Shown here piece by piece: positions 38,385 through 51,340 of a stretch of 64,000 nucleotides of DNA. Location: NCBI RefSeq assembly GCF_001194135.2, contig NC_068986.1:61302043-61366042 (forward strand), in the 5' to 3' direction. The position numbers and the translations under genes were made by a program. A model generated the notes under the pieces. That model made no database searches. It saw only the letters and a list, made by a program, of their open reading frames with translations, and had not been told where the DNA came from. Within the stretch, counting starts at the first letter, position 1. Every line of letters begins with the position of its first letter. The stretch comes from Octopus bimaculoides. Lineage: Eukaryota.

Positions 38385-41280
38385 GTTTTTTTTATTATTT
38401 AGGCCTCCGTCAGTCATGGCTGACCATGGATGTTGTCATCCATCCGTTGAGTTGTCTATTCAGTTTTTGCAATGCCGCCTGTGGCTGTAGAGACCGATGC
38501 GAGAGTGGCAGTCTTGTTTGCAGAGGTCACACCTACACGTTGAATCCGGTCTGTAGGCTGTCATTTCTTTTCTGCGGGCTCAGTTTTCAGCTGCTGCCAC
38601 CCTGAAATTCTCTTCACCGGTCTGCAGTTGTTTGTGAAGAGTGCCTCTCCAGCTGGTTTGGTTGGCTGCGAGATCCTCCCAGGAATTGGTGTTGATACCA
38701 AGTGCCTTCATATCCCTCCTGCACACGTCCCTGTACCTCAGCTTCGGGTGGCCAATGTTTCTCTGCCCTGCGACAAGCTCTCTGTAAAGGACATCCTTTG
38801 GGATCCAACCATCCTCATACGGCAAACGTGGCCAATCCAGCGCAGCCAACATTGTCTTAGTAAGGTGAGCATGGTGGGGAGGCCAGCACGAGACAGAACG
38901 TCAGTATTGGTTACTTTGTCTTGCCAGAGGATGCCGAGTATGCATCGGAGGCTTCTGAGGTGGAAGGTGTTGAGCCGTTTCTCCTGGCAGGCATATGCGG
39001 TCCATGTCTCGCTGCCATATAGTAGGGTGCTGAGGACGCAAGCACTGTACACAGCCATTTTCGTTTTCACTGTTAGCTTGGTGTTTGTCCTCACTCTTGG
39101 TGTGAGGCAAGCGTATGTTGTGGCTGCCTTCCCGATCCTCTTGTCTATCTCAGCATCTAGGGAGAGGTTGTCAGTGATAGTGGAACCAAGGTACATGAAC
39201 TGGTGGACAACTTTGAGCTCATAGTTGTCAATGGTGATGACAGGTGGTGCCGGCATGTTTTGACCCATAACGTTTGTCTTCTTCAGACTGATAGTCATTC
39301 CAAAGTCTTTGCAGGCCTGAGCTAAGCAATCCATCAGCAGCTGCAGTTCCCTCTGAGTGTGAGTCGCAACTGCAGCGTCATCAGTGAACAGCATGTCTCT
39401 AATGAGGACTTCACGGACCTTTGTCCTCTCTTTTAGGCGAGCAAGATTGAACAGCCCACCATCCAATCTCGTCCGTAAGTATATTACCTCATGTGCTGTG
39501 CCAAATGCATGCCTCAGGAAGAGTGAGAAGAAGATCCCGAAAAGGGTTGGGGTGAGTACGCAGCCTTGTTTGACCCTGCTGCGTATGTCGAAGGGCTCGG
39601 AGAGGTTGCCGTTGAACTACGCAGTCCCTTTCATGTTGGAGGGGAAAGACTCGATTAAGCTGTGCAGTTTTGGAGGACAGCCGATCTTTCGGAGAGCCTT
39701 GAAAAGGCTGTCTCTGCTGACAAGATCAAAGGCTTTGGTGAGATCAATGAATGCGACGTAGAGGGGCATCTGCTGCTCTCTGCACTTCTCCTGGAGATAG
39801 CGAAGGGTGAAGACCATGTCTATCGTGGATCTTTCAGCTCAGAAGCCACACTGTGATTCTGGGTAGATATGTTCAGCCAGCTTCTGCAAATGGATCAACA
39901 GGACCCGAGCATAGACTTTACCAACTACACTAAGGAGGGAGATACCTCTGTATTTGTTGCAGTCACTTCTTTCACCCTTGTTCTTGTAAAGGGTGATGAT
40001 TTTAGCGTCCCTCATGTCTTGCAGCACGCTTCCCTCCTTCCAGCACTGGCAGAGAACCTCATGCAAGGGCTGTAGCAAGGTAGACTTGCAGTGCTTGATG
40101 AGGTCTGGAGGAATACTGTCGCTGCCTGGTGCCTTGCCTGCAGTCAACCTGTCAACAGCCTTACTGAGCTCATTCATGGTAGGCTCTGCATCGAGCTCTT
40201 CCATGACTGGTATGCAATTGATGGCATCAAGGGCTGCAGGAGTCACTGTTGCCTCTCCAGAATAGAGGTCAGAGTAGTGCTCCATCCATCTCTCCATCTG
40301 CCTGCCCTGGTCGGTAATGATTTCCCCGGTGTTGGATTTGAGGGGGGCGTTCTTGTTCTGTGTTGGTCCCAGTGCCTTCTTGATACCATCGTACATGACT
40401 CTGATGTTGCCTGTTGCAGCAGCCTTCTGAATCCTCTTACTGAGCTCTGTCCAGTACTCGTTGGCACAGTGCCTGCCGATGTTCTGAACCTTGCTCCTGG
40501 CCGCCTTGAGGATCTTCAGGTTTTTTTCAGTGGGTGACCACTTGTATTCTACGAGTGCAGCACGCTTGGCCTCAATGACGGGGTTCATCGTGGACAACTT
40601 GGCGTCAAACCAGTCATGTGGCTTCGAGGCCCTCTTCCCAAAAGTTGCCAGGGCAGTGCGGTGGATGGTGTCTCGCAGAGTTTCCCACTTCTCTTTGGCA
40701 GTATCTCCGGCCTTCGATGCATCATATACTTCTTCAAAGGCCTCTGTGAACTGTTCCACAAGATTGAGCTGAGTCATCTTGCTAACGTCAATGTACGAGG
40801 CCCTCGGTTTCTTTGCACTGTGGAACCTTTTTGGTTGCAGCCTGATTTTGCAGCATACCAGGGAGTGGTCTGTGTCGCAGTCCGCACTGTGGTAAGAGCA
40901 TGTATGGAGAATGTTTTTTATGGCAGCACGCCTGACCACAATTAGATCCAGTTGGTGCCAGTGCTTTGAGTGTGGGTGCCTCCAGGAGACCTTGTGTTGG
41001 AGTTTCGTTTTGAAGAAGGAGTTGGCGATGCACAGGTTGTGAAGGGCACAAAGTTCGAGCAGTTGCTGACCATTCTCATTGAGTCTTCCCACTCCAAACG
41101 AACCAAGGCATGAAGGCCACGAGTCGCTGTCTGCACCCACTCTGGTGTTGAAGTCACCCAGGAGAATAAGCTGTTCGGCACTTGGTATATTCTTGATGGT
41201 AGATGAAAGGTTCTCATAGAACTCATCCTTGGTGTTCGAAGTGGCGGACAGTGTTGGGGAATACACACTGATGAGTACTG
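38385..41280 (-). mobile_element. Young GC-rich RTE (BovB-related type), 5'-truncated
   Basis: APE (LGDFNTRVG, HWHQLDLIV, CDTDH); RT (FIDLTKAFD, VKQGCVL, LFTDD); C-terminal CDLCKQDCHSRIGLYSHRRHC; 8-bp TSD catcatga at 38377-38384 and 41281-41288. Confidence 0.92.
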
Positions 41281-41799
41281 CATCATGAATACTGTACTGT
41301 CTTATTGTGTTCACATCCTAGATATTTAATGCACAAATCAAATTTGTTCAGTTTGTCTCAGTAGGTGCCATAGGTTAAGAACAGTTTGCTGATCTAAACA
41401 GCAATAGCATGGTTGAATTATAAATAAAATACATTCCACAGTCTAAACAATTTACAGTTAAACTATTCATTGTCCTATAAGCATATAGTACTGAATTCAA
41501 ATTCTTCAGTGGGTTTAGATTACTTATTTAGTTCACATTACTTCATGAGGAGCATAGGTCTGCAACTATTTCATGTCAGTGAACAAAACCATGAGCTACT
41601 TCCTTACTTTCAAACCAAAACAAACTAATTGCTTTCACTTCATCTTTCACACATACTTTCCAGGTTTTCTTCGGCCGGTTTAAATGCTAAAGAGTTAAGA
41701 AAGGAATGACTCAATTGAAAATGTAATCTAAAATAAATTATGTCTGAAAAGACTGGATGATCATGGCTAGAATATCTTTCTTTGTAGGTATGCTCAAGT

Positions 41800-42330
41800 A
41801 GGAGCTAAACAACATAATCTAGGGAATTTTAAGAGTCAATGAAATGGGCTTCCAAGTGATGGAAGTTTTGAGGCAGAACACCTGTCATGAGGAACCAATT
41901 CAAATTGGCACTAAAGCTCTTCTGGAGACCAAAAAATGTGTGTATCTATGCAGTGTTGTCTCAATGACTGGTGGAACAGAGGAGGATGTGATGTCCAGGA
42001 TTAGCAAGGCCTGGTATGTTTTCAACAGTCTTTGACTGATCTGGGACTCCAAAGTCATCTCCCACAAAACAATGCTCTGAATCTTCAATTCCAACATCAA
42101 AGTTGTTCTTTATTGGTCAGAAACTTGGAGGGTCACCAAGTGACCAAACAAAATTTCCAACAGATGTCTGAGGGACAGAACAGACCAAACTCCCATCAAT
42201 CAAGAAATTTTGACAACAAAATGGGGCTGGATTGGTCACGCTAAAAGCTGATGTCCAAGTAGCATTGCAAGACAAATGTTAGACTAGCAACCTGAAGGAA
42301 AGAGGAAGGTTGGTTGACCATTCAACTGAT
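41800..42330 (+). mobile_element. Old RTE-clade RT C-terminal fragment
   Basis: YLCSVVSMTGGTEEDVMSRISKA...IFNSNIKVVLYWSETWRVTK. Confidence 0.7.
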
Positions 42331-42799
42331 GACTCTTAAAGTTTAGCAGATAACTATCAATCTCAACATTCTCATTTTATACCAATTCTTTCTACTCTTA
42401 GTTTAAGATACATCATTAATAATTTAAGTGTTATGAAGTCAATTAAATTGTAGGAATAGAAAACCTCAAAATAAATGTCTTTCTTGTGCTTCTGTACACC
42501 ATCTCCAAATGCAGAATTAGTTTAAATCTATTTGTAGCCAACTTTACCTTTTACCCAGTCAGGGTTGATAAAATAAGTATATATCATGCACTAGTATTGA
42601 TTCAATCAACTACCTTATCCTCTATAAATTTATGAACATGTGCCAATCAAAGAAATCAATAATGTATGCACTGAAATGTAGGGGTAAATTCTTTCATACA
42701 AAATATTGCTTCTATATTTCATATGTTGTCAGATTTACTGTGAGTGAAAGCAGAAGAAAGGTTGGTAAGAGGATAGAAAATTTCAATTTGACTAGTTAG

Positions 42800-43770
42800 A
42801 AAATGTCTGGTTTCTTAAAGAAACTGTTGAATATATGACTAATGACAGGATATTCAATATGATTATTGCAGAATCTTTAACAGAATTGGAGAAGAAATTC
42901 CAGGTATGGAAACGAAACCTGGAATCAAAAGGCCTTAAAGTTAACCTAGCTAAGACAAAAGTAGTTTTTAATAAGAAAGAAGATAAAACTTTCTTTGTGT
43001 CAGGTAAATGGTCCTGCTCCACATGTAGGAAAGGAGTTGGAAGAAATTCCATTCATTGCATCCATTGTAAACTATGGACACATAAGAGATACAGTGGTAC
43101 CACAGATAAAGTAGTCTTTGTATGGGGCAGATATGCAGGAACAATAACTACAAAGAGCACACAGAAATTAGATTCTCTCAAATGCCCAGGAGGTTCTCTT
43201 GAGGTTGTAGATAGTTTCTGTTACCTTGGTGACCAAATTAGCAATGGTCAAGGATGCTCTGAAAGTATTGTTTCTAGAATAAGAATTGGGTGGAGGAAGT
43301 TCAGAGCACTATTACTTCTGTTGGCAACAAAAGGATTCTTTCTCAGAATGAAACGAAGATCATATAATGCTTGGGTATGAACGGCTATTCTCCATGGTAG
43401 TGAGACATGGGCTCTGAATGCTGAAGACAGCATAGACGAAGATAGTATGCTCTGCTGGATGTGCAACATCAGTGCACATGTAGAACAAAGTGCAAATGTA
43501 TTGAGAGAAAAGTTGGGCATAAGAGGAATCAAAAGTAGCATGCAAGAGAGAAGACTACATTGGTTTGGACATGTAATGCATATGAATGAGGACAGCTGCA
43601 TAAAGAAGTGCTGATTACTGAAAGTGGATGGTACCCATAGAAGAGGGAGACCCAGGAAGACATGGGATGAAGTGGTAAGGACTGATCTCAGGAAGTTGGA
43701 CCTCACGGAAGAAATGACCATGGACCAAGATGTCTGGCGATATAAAATTCTTGAAAAGACCTGCCCACAT
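42800..43770 (+). mobile_element. Older relative of the PHD-bearing RTE family, 3' fragment
   Basis: IIAESLTELEKKFQVWKRNLESKGLKVNLAKTK, WSCSTCRKGVGRNSIHCIHCKLWTH, GRPRKTWDEVV. Confidence 0.8.
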
Positions 43771-44489
43771 CAGCGAAACTGAGTTCTAGAAGCACTGTGT
43801 GTCTCACCCACACTCAACAAGAAAACTTCTCACACTCTCCACCACAACGAATTAAACTATGTCCCTACATCCCTTCTCTTCCTCATATTTCCATTTCATG
43901 TACTATGATTACCTCCCACTCCCTAAACTTGTCTTCTTTTTCTCACATTTCCTCTTTCATTCACTATGCCTAGCTCTCATTCCCCAACCCTATCCTCACA
44001 CCCCTGTTCCTCTGTATCATTGCCACCCAGTAGCCCCTCTAACTCTATATATGCCCAGGTCTTTCACCACTTATTTGCACTCTTTAATCATACTCCCTTC
44101 GCAATATCCTGTCACTTATATTATGGCATTTGAACCTCAAGGGTATCCCTGGTACTTGCCACTATCTATATCTCTCTCTTCCTTTACTCAGCCATCTCAT
44201 TTATACTCTGATCCCCGTTCCTTGTGAGTATGCCCAGCATTTTGCCACCATCTCCATCCTGCAGTCTCTCACTCTCTCTCTCTCTCTCTCTCTTTCTCCT
44301 GCACTTCCCTCAGGTTGGGCAACTGTGTAATTTCTTTGTGGTAGCATGCCTGTTTCTGTCTTCACTCCAGATCTTTCTCTCTCTCTGACTGGGTAACCTT
44401 GTATTTCCTTTACAGTATCTGTCTTACTATAACCTTTTCATCATCACCTCCTCAAATGCAAAGTTTTTGTCTCACAAGTATTTGGTGGC

Positions 44490-44910
44490 CTTGTTAGTGC
44501 AGGTGCCACTTAAAAGCATTCAGTCCATACTGTAAAGTGGTTGGTGTTTGGAAGGGCATCCAGCTGTAAAAACCTTGCCAAAACTGACCTCACTTGTGCT
44601 TGTGCCACGTAAAAAGTACTACTCACCATCATCATCATTTAATGTCCGTGTCCACAGGCGACTGTGCAACATTGAAGCCTGCACCAAACTTCTGTGACTG
44701 TTTTGGCAGGATTTTTACATCTGCTCTTCCTAATACCAACCACTCAGCAGAGAAGGCTCTGCTGAGTGGTTGGTATTAGGAAGAGCAGATGTAAAAATCC
44801 TGCCAAAACAGTCACAGAAGTTTGGTGCAGGCTTCAGCCTGGCTGGCTTTTGTGGTACCATCCCATCCATGCTAACATGGAACACGGACATTAAATGATG
44901 ATGATGATGA
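44490..44910. repeat. RTE-tailed short repeat with a perfect fold-back palindrome
   Basis: 80-bp arms 44673-44752 and 44757-44836 with an aagg loop; outer ~28-bp inverted repeat including (CAT)n/(GAT)n. Confidence 0.85.
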
Positions 44911-46719
44911 TTGCTATTTAAGAGAAATAAAACAATGGAAAACTAATGTATGTATAAGATGCAATTATCCAGAGACTTTTTAGAATGGACCAAGTTAAGA
45001 AAGACACCCTTTGTCCTATACATACTCGGTAATTAGCAAATTCTATATATATGTACTGTTGTTCAAATGTGACATTGCTCATCATTAGGTACACATTTAG
45101 TCTTGTGACATTTCACTTTGCTATATTGACTGCATTATCCCAGTTCAATATATCACAAAGAAAAATGTGTATGGGAGGGAAGATCTCACAACAGGGTTAC
45201 AGGCTGGTTTTACTTGAAAGAATACTTTCTTTTCTTTTCTTTTTTTTTTGTTTTGTTTATAATGTTGATACAGTGAGGTTAATAGAACATGAAATCAATC
45301 CCAATAACTGACAACAGAGGCAAGGAGGAAAGTGTTAATGTAAATGGCTATTTAGATCATTTGATCATGCTTCAATCTATTCCATAATGGTATGGAGGTA
45401 AAGCCAAAAAAATGGGACATCACTGTTCTTCACATAAAAGATATGCTTTCAATACTGGAATTTAAAGTATAATTTAGTGTCCCCTGCACTACCACTCTTA
45501 CAACTATTACTGGAAATTTGATTCAAGCCACAATGCCATAAGGTCAATACAATCCAAAAGGAACATAAACCATAAAGTATAAAGGAGAGAAAGTAGATTT
45601 TATCAGATTGAAAAACATGTTAAGGCTTAAATAGTTTTCTCTCTTTCTGTGTAGTTTTGATTTATGATAACATATACAGTAATTGAGATACATCATTTAG
45701 TAAAAAGAAGGTTCAAATATCTTTACAACTATAACATTATTTCCTTTCATAGTTAGAAATTCATATAATAACTACATAGGAAGATAAGTACTCAAATAAA
45801 GAATAATATTAACATACTTTGACGAAATTATTGACACTCAAAATTATTGTAAAACAAGCCATTAAAAATTTCTCAGTCATTGGAGAATAAGTTTAAATAG
45901 AACAACTAATTCAGAGCTAAGGGCTACAAATTTAGGCATTATCAGAATCACTTAAGTTTTTATCTTTCCTGGGTTGAAAAAATACATTTTAATATTATAG
46001 AAGCAAAACAAATTCCAGATCTCACATTCAAGCATTGTTACAATTAATTTAAGTTTGTAAATCTTCTGGGATTGATAAAATATATGCCAATCATAGTCAC
46101 AGCTGAAACATGACAATCCAGTCCTACCTCTAAGGAGAAATTAAAGCCAATGTTCAGTCACTCAGACTGTTTACACTGTCATTTCAAAACAAACTATCAG
46201 CATTTATAGTAGCAACTACATCACCTAAATGGAATACAGGAACATTTTTTACTAATTCCAGTTATATATTGTATATCAAAGGCTGACTGATTTCAGATGT
46301 TTCTGAACCCGCTTGGTTTCAAAATATGTTGGAAAACTCAAGAAAACAACAAGTAAACAAGGGGGCTTCAAATTACAACCTACCTACTGTCATATGTAAA
46401 GAAACAACATATAGTCCTACAAACAGGATGGATGTGGCTGGAATGGCATAGGGTGAAAGATCAAACAAAGAAAGTGTGAACAACTGAATGGATTGAACTA
46501 GAGTTGTATGATAGTCTATGAGCAGGTCCATGTACACATGTCATGTATATATGTAAAATAACTGATAAAGTATTTTATAGGTTAGTTAGAAGAGGAGGTT
46601 AATGTCCATGATTCTTAACCATTCTGTAAGACTAGTGAGAGATGAAGCTGATGCCTACACTGAACATTTGTGGGACAATATTTGCAGGTAAAACTTGGGT
46701 GGAGAGAAAAAAAAACATT

Positions 46720-49700
46720 TGGAAGTAGAAGTAGAGATTAATAGTTCTCCTATATTTTTATTCCATCTAAAGGCTACAATAGGCAGTTGAGGAAATATAT
46801 GTTTGAAATGAGGATATTTTTCCGCAACATGCTGCTAACTTTCAACACTTTTGAAATGCCAGTGAAATTTCAGTGCCAGTTAATCACTAAAAGAATTCTG
46901 TTACATATTGCACTTTGTTTGCTAAAATTATGCGTGAAAGTTTGACTTTCTTTGCTAGTCTAAGCTATGTCATTTGCTATTTCTTTTAATTGTGATTCAC
47001 TGTAACTGTGTTTAACACATTGGTGTATTTGCATGTTTCCAGTATTCCCCTATGTTAGTACAAATCTATTTTATCCTCAAAAATTGGGATTTCGGATTTG
47101 ACCGAATTTTATGAAGTGGATGATCGGAGCGGCAGTGGAGGTAAATGTGGGATGACATGGGCTTGCAAAATAACTCTGTCACTATTCTGCCTCCAAAATT
47201 TTTGTGTCCAAAGATTCAACACTAGTTTTTGAAAAACTAGACATAAATTTTATGTTGGACTTAAAGCCATAGATTTTAGCATAATAGTCACAGAAATGCA
47301 TGAAGTCAATTAAACTATCTTGTGATCCTTCCCAGACGAAAAGGACATCATCAATGAACTGTAACCAATAGTTCATGACCATATAGGGAATTGAATGTCT
47401 TCAGTAAGTGCATCTTAAATTTCATCATGAAGACATTAGCAGAATTATGGGGGTACCCATGGTGCAACCCCTTGTCAAATGGTAAAATTTTTGTCCAAAT
47501 TTCATTGTGTTACTTTGTAACACAAATCTCAATAGCTTCCAGATGAAATTAGAAGGAATACTTTTGTTTGACCGTTTTTTGAAAGCATTCATGCATGCTC
47601 CTACCACTTCATTGTGGTCACTATTGGAACACAAGGAAGAAACATCCATGGTTACCAGAATACAGTTTATGACATGACTTTAGTGCTTTAAAAAGTTGTT
47701 AATTTTAGACACAAAATCAAAAGTATCTCGAATATAGGAACTTGATCTTTTTGCAACAGGGAGTAGAATGCCATCCAGTCACTCTGAAATTTTGGCTGTA
47801 CAACATTCATACCCACTGCAAATTGGGCTCATTGGAGGAAATCTTTTGAACTTCTTGTGTATCTTAGGGAGACCATAAAATATAGGTGTTCTTTCTGTCC
47901 ATAAAATCCTGGATTTGACCTTATTAATGAAATTGTTTTTCTCCATTTCGAGAATCATTTTGTCAAGTTCCTCTCTGTAATTGGGATTTGGATCAACAGG
48001 TAATTCTTCATATGAAGTTTTGTCACTTAAAGCTTCTTCACAAGCTGAAATATACTCGCTTTTGTCCATATAATTACAATAGCGCCTCCTTTATCTGTCA
48101 TTCATTTTTACAACAATAGAATCATTTTTAGCGAGACAGCAGAGTCATAACGTTGGGAATTTGTGAGGTTATTCCAGGACTTCTTTCCACTTGTTTTAAG
48201 GCTTTCCCTAATGCCTGTCTAACCAAGATTCAAGAAATTCCAGTCGTGCTTGTGAATGTCCATCTTGAACTTAATCTGGATACCAATTGGGATTCTTTTC
48301 AATCCATTTATGCCAGATTCGATCACCTTTTTAATTTTCAGTAAGCATAGGGATTTCTGTCTCCTTGTCATCATTTTGACAAATAAAATATTCCTTCAGC
48401 TTGTGACGACAAACTAAAATAGCCCTTGAGCTACTTTATTCTTCACAAAATTCTCAGAAGCACAGTCCAAGCACCAATCAGAGACATCATCAGGTGAAAG
48501 TTTTAATTTAGATAAATTTATGGCCAATATATTCTCTAGTGTGATGGATTTTCTTGGGCAATTGTTTTTCAGAGTCTTACTTTCATTAGATTCCTGACTA
48601 CCTTTTGGGCTTTGCTCAAAATCTTCACTTAAAACGTGGAACCTATTGAGTCATAAAATTTGTTCTGAGTGTTCATGTTAGTAGTCTTAATTTTTAGTCG
48701 TCTTTCTAAGAGTAATCCATTTCTGGGTGGGTGTGGCTTTTGTAGGCATTTGAAAAACATTTGCTTTCAGGAAAGGAATAAATTTATTGTTTTCGAGCAA
48801 AATCTTAAATGTGTTCACATTTTTGATTGATGAAGTAAAAACCTCTCTGGAGCACTTTCAATGACCAGTTCAAATGTGTATGCTAGGGTAAAATAACCTC
48901 AATCATATGCACCAACTTAGGGATTATTAATATAAATTTGTTGAACTGTAGGGTTTATATTTGTTTGTGGTGAGTACAGCATTGTCATTTGTGCTGTTAG
49001 TTCGTGTGGTACCGGTAAGTTCAAACTGTCATAAACATCGAAAAAATTAGTTGACAAAACAAAATGATTGTTTCTGGTGTGACGAATGAACAATGTGTCT
49101 TGTGGACTGTATATTAGAAATTCCATGTGAGGAGAAATGGTTGGTTGTACTGGAATTTCAGGAAAATTTTCCACTATGATTTTCAGCCCGGCATCAATGT
49201 CACATAACATTTATTCCAAAAGTAAAAACAACTTCACATATTTAAAAGCAAATGTTCTCAACCAAAATGTTCCCTTGCCCACTGGCTCAGAGGGATAGGA
49301 AATCAGCTTTTTCAGCTTCTTTTACTTTTTTGTCTTTAGGAATGAAATTTTCTTTTTTTTTTCAAAGTTCATCAAACAATTACACAAGTAGCTGAAACAG
49401 TTTTTAGAAGAACATACCTGATCAAGAACACTCAAAATCTCCTTAATGCCTGCACCAAGCAATACTAATTTTGAATGATAGTGTTCAATAATAACTTTCA
49501 TTATGTGAAATGAATTGCTCTCACCAATCAATTTAAACTTTGAAGCAATGAATCATCAGGCACACATTGGTACATTTGGTCAATGCACACATTGGTATAT
49601 TTGATGTAAGACTGTCCGATATAATTGTTTCTAGTTTGCATGTTTCCAGAAATGATAACTGGCTTTTGATTTTAGCACAGAAATGATTAAGTTTTTTAAC

Positions 49701-49895
49701 TGATAGAAATGTTGATTTCTTATTTTCTGATTCGTATTTGAATGGTACAAAATCCATTGACCCAGGATTGGACACAACATTGGGGTCTAGTGAAACTAAC
49801 AGTGCTGACAAGCCAGCCGTAAGAATCAATAAAATGCAAAAGCTGTAACCTACATTAGGATTTTCATTAGACACCCGACTGTTTAGGTAACTTCA
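46720..49895 (-). mobile_element. Penelope-like element, copy A (N-terminal domain, C48-like protease, RT; lacks GIY-YIG)
   Basis: SQLSFLETCK..IISDSL; protease HFVLST/VYDSL/YD*G; INLSKLKLSPD; MDKSEY, RTPIFYGLPKIHK, MDVSSL, GCTMGTP, WLQFIDDVLFVW. Confidence 0.88.
48770..49215 (-). pseudogene. Ulp1/peptidase C48-like domain inside the PLE ORF
   Basis: IDAGLKIIVENFPEI...HTRNNHFVLST...VYDSL...VQQIYINNP*VGAYD*GYFTLAYTFEL...P..F...SKM*.HL.FC: His/Asp/Cys order of clan CE proteases. Confidence 0.65.
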
Positions 49896-51340
49896 GGTAA
49901 CAAATGTTATGTGACAAATTTATTGACGCCAGTGGAAAATTTTCCTGAAATTCCAATACAATCAACCATTCTTTCTCACATGGAATTTCATCACATCAGG
50001 AACAATCATTTTGTTTTGTCAACCAATTATTTCGGAGATGTTTATGTTTATGACAGTTTGAACTTACCATACCACAGGAACTAAAAGCATCACAAATAAA
50101 AATGCTGTACTCATCACAAACAAATATAAACCCTACAGTTCAACAAATTTATATTAATAATCCCTAAGTTGGTGCATATGATTGAGGTCATTTTACCCTA
50201 GCATACACATTTGAACTGGACATTAGAAACACTCCAGAGAGGTTTTTATTTAATTAATCAAAAATGTGAGTACATTTGAGATTTTGCCTTGAAAACAATA
50301 AATTTATTCCTTTCCTGAAAGTAAAAGTTTTTCAAATGCCTACAAAAACCACAACAGTTGTTCACTTCCTATCACCCATCCAGAAATGGATTACTCTTAG
50401 AAAGACAACTAAAAATTATGACTTCTCACATGAACACTCAGAAGAATTTTTATCACCCAATAGGTTTCATGTTATAAGTGAAGATTTCTAGCAAAGCCCA
50501 AAAGGTAGTCAAGAATCTAATGAAAGTAAGATTCTCAAAAACACTTACCCACGAAAATCTATCACACTACAGAATAAATTGGTCATAAATTTATCTAAAT
50601 TAAAACTTTCACCTGACAATGTCATTGTTGTGGTGCTTGGACTGAGTATCTGCCAAAGTACTAAGAATTTTTAGAAGAATAAAGTAGCTCAAGGGCGATT
50701 TTAGTTTGTCATCACAAGCTGAAGGAATATATTTTTTTGTCAAAATGATGACAAGGACTCAGAAAACTCTATGCTTACTGAAAATGAAAAAGATGAAGAT
50801 CAAATCTGGCATAAATGGATTGAAAAGAGAAGAATTTGATAAAATGATTCTCGAAATGGAGAAAAACAATTTCATTAATAAGGCCAAATCCAGGAATTTA
50901 TAGACATAAAGAACACCTATATTTTATGGTCTCCTTAAGATACACAAGAAGTTCAAAAGATTTCCTCCAATGAGAGCAATTTGCAGTGGGTATGAATGTT
51001 GTACAGCCAAAATTTCAGAGTGACTGGATGGCATTCTACTCCCTGTTGCAAAAAGATCAAGTTCCTATATTCAAGATACTTTTGATTTTGTGTCTAAAAT
51101 TAACAACTTTTTAAAGCACTAAAGTCATGTCATAAACTGTATTCTGGTAACCATGGATGTTTCTTCCTTGTGTTCCAATAGTGACCACAATGAAGTGGTA
51201 GGAGCATGCATGAATGCTTTCAAAAAACGGTCAAACAAAAGTATTCCATCTAATTTCATCTGGAAGCTATTGAGATATGTGTTACAAAGTAACACAATGA
51301 AATTTGGACAAAAATTTTACCATTTGACAAGGGGTTGCAA

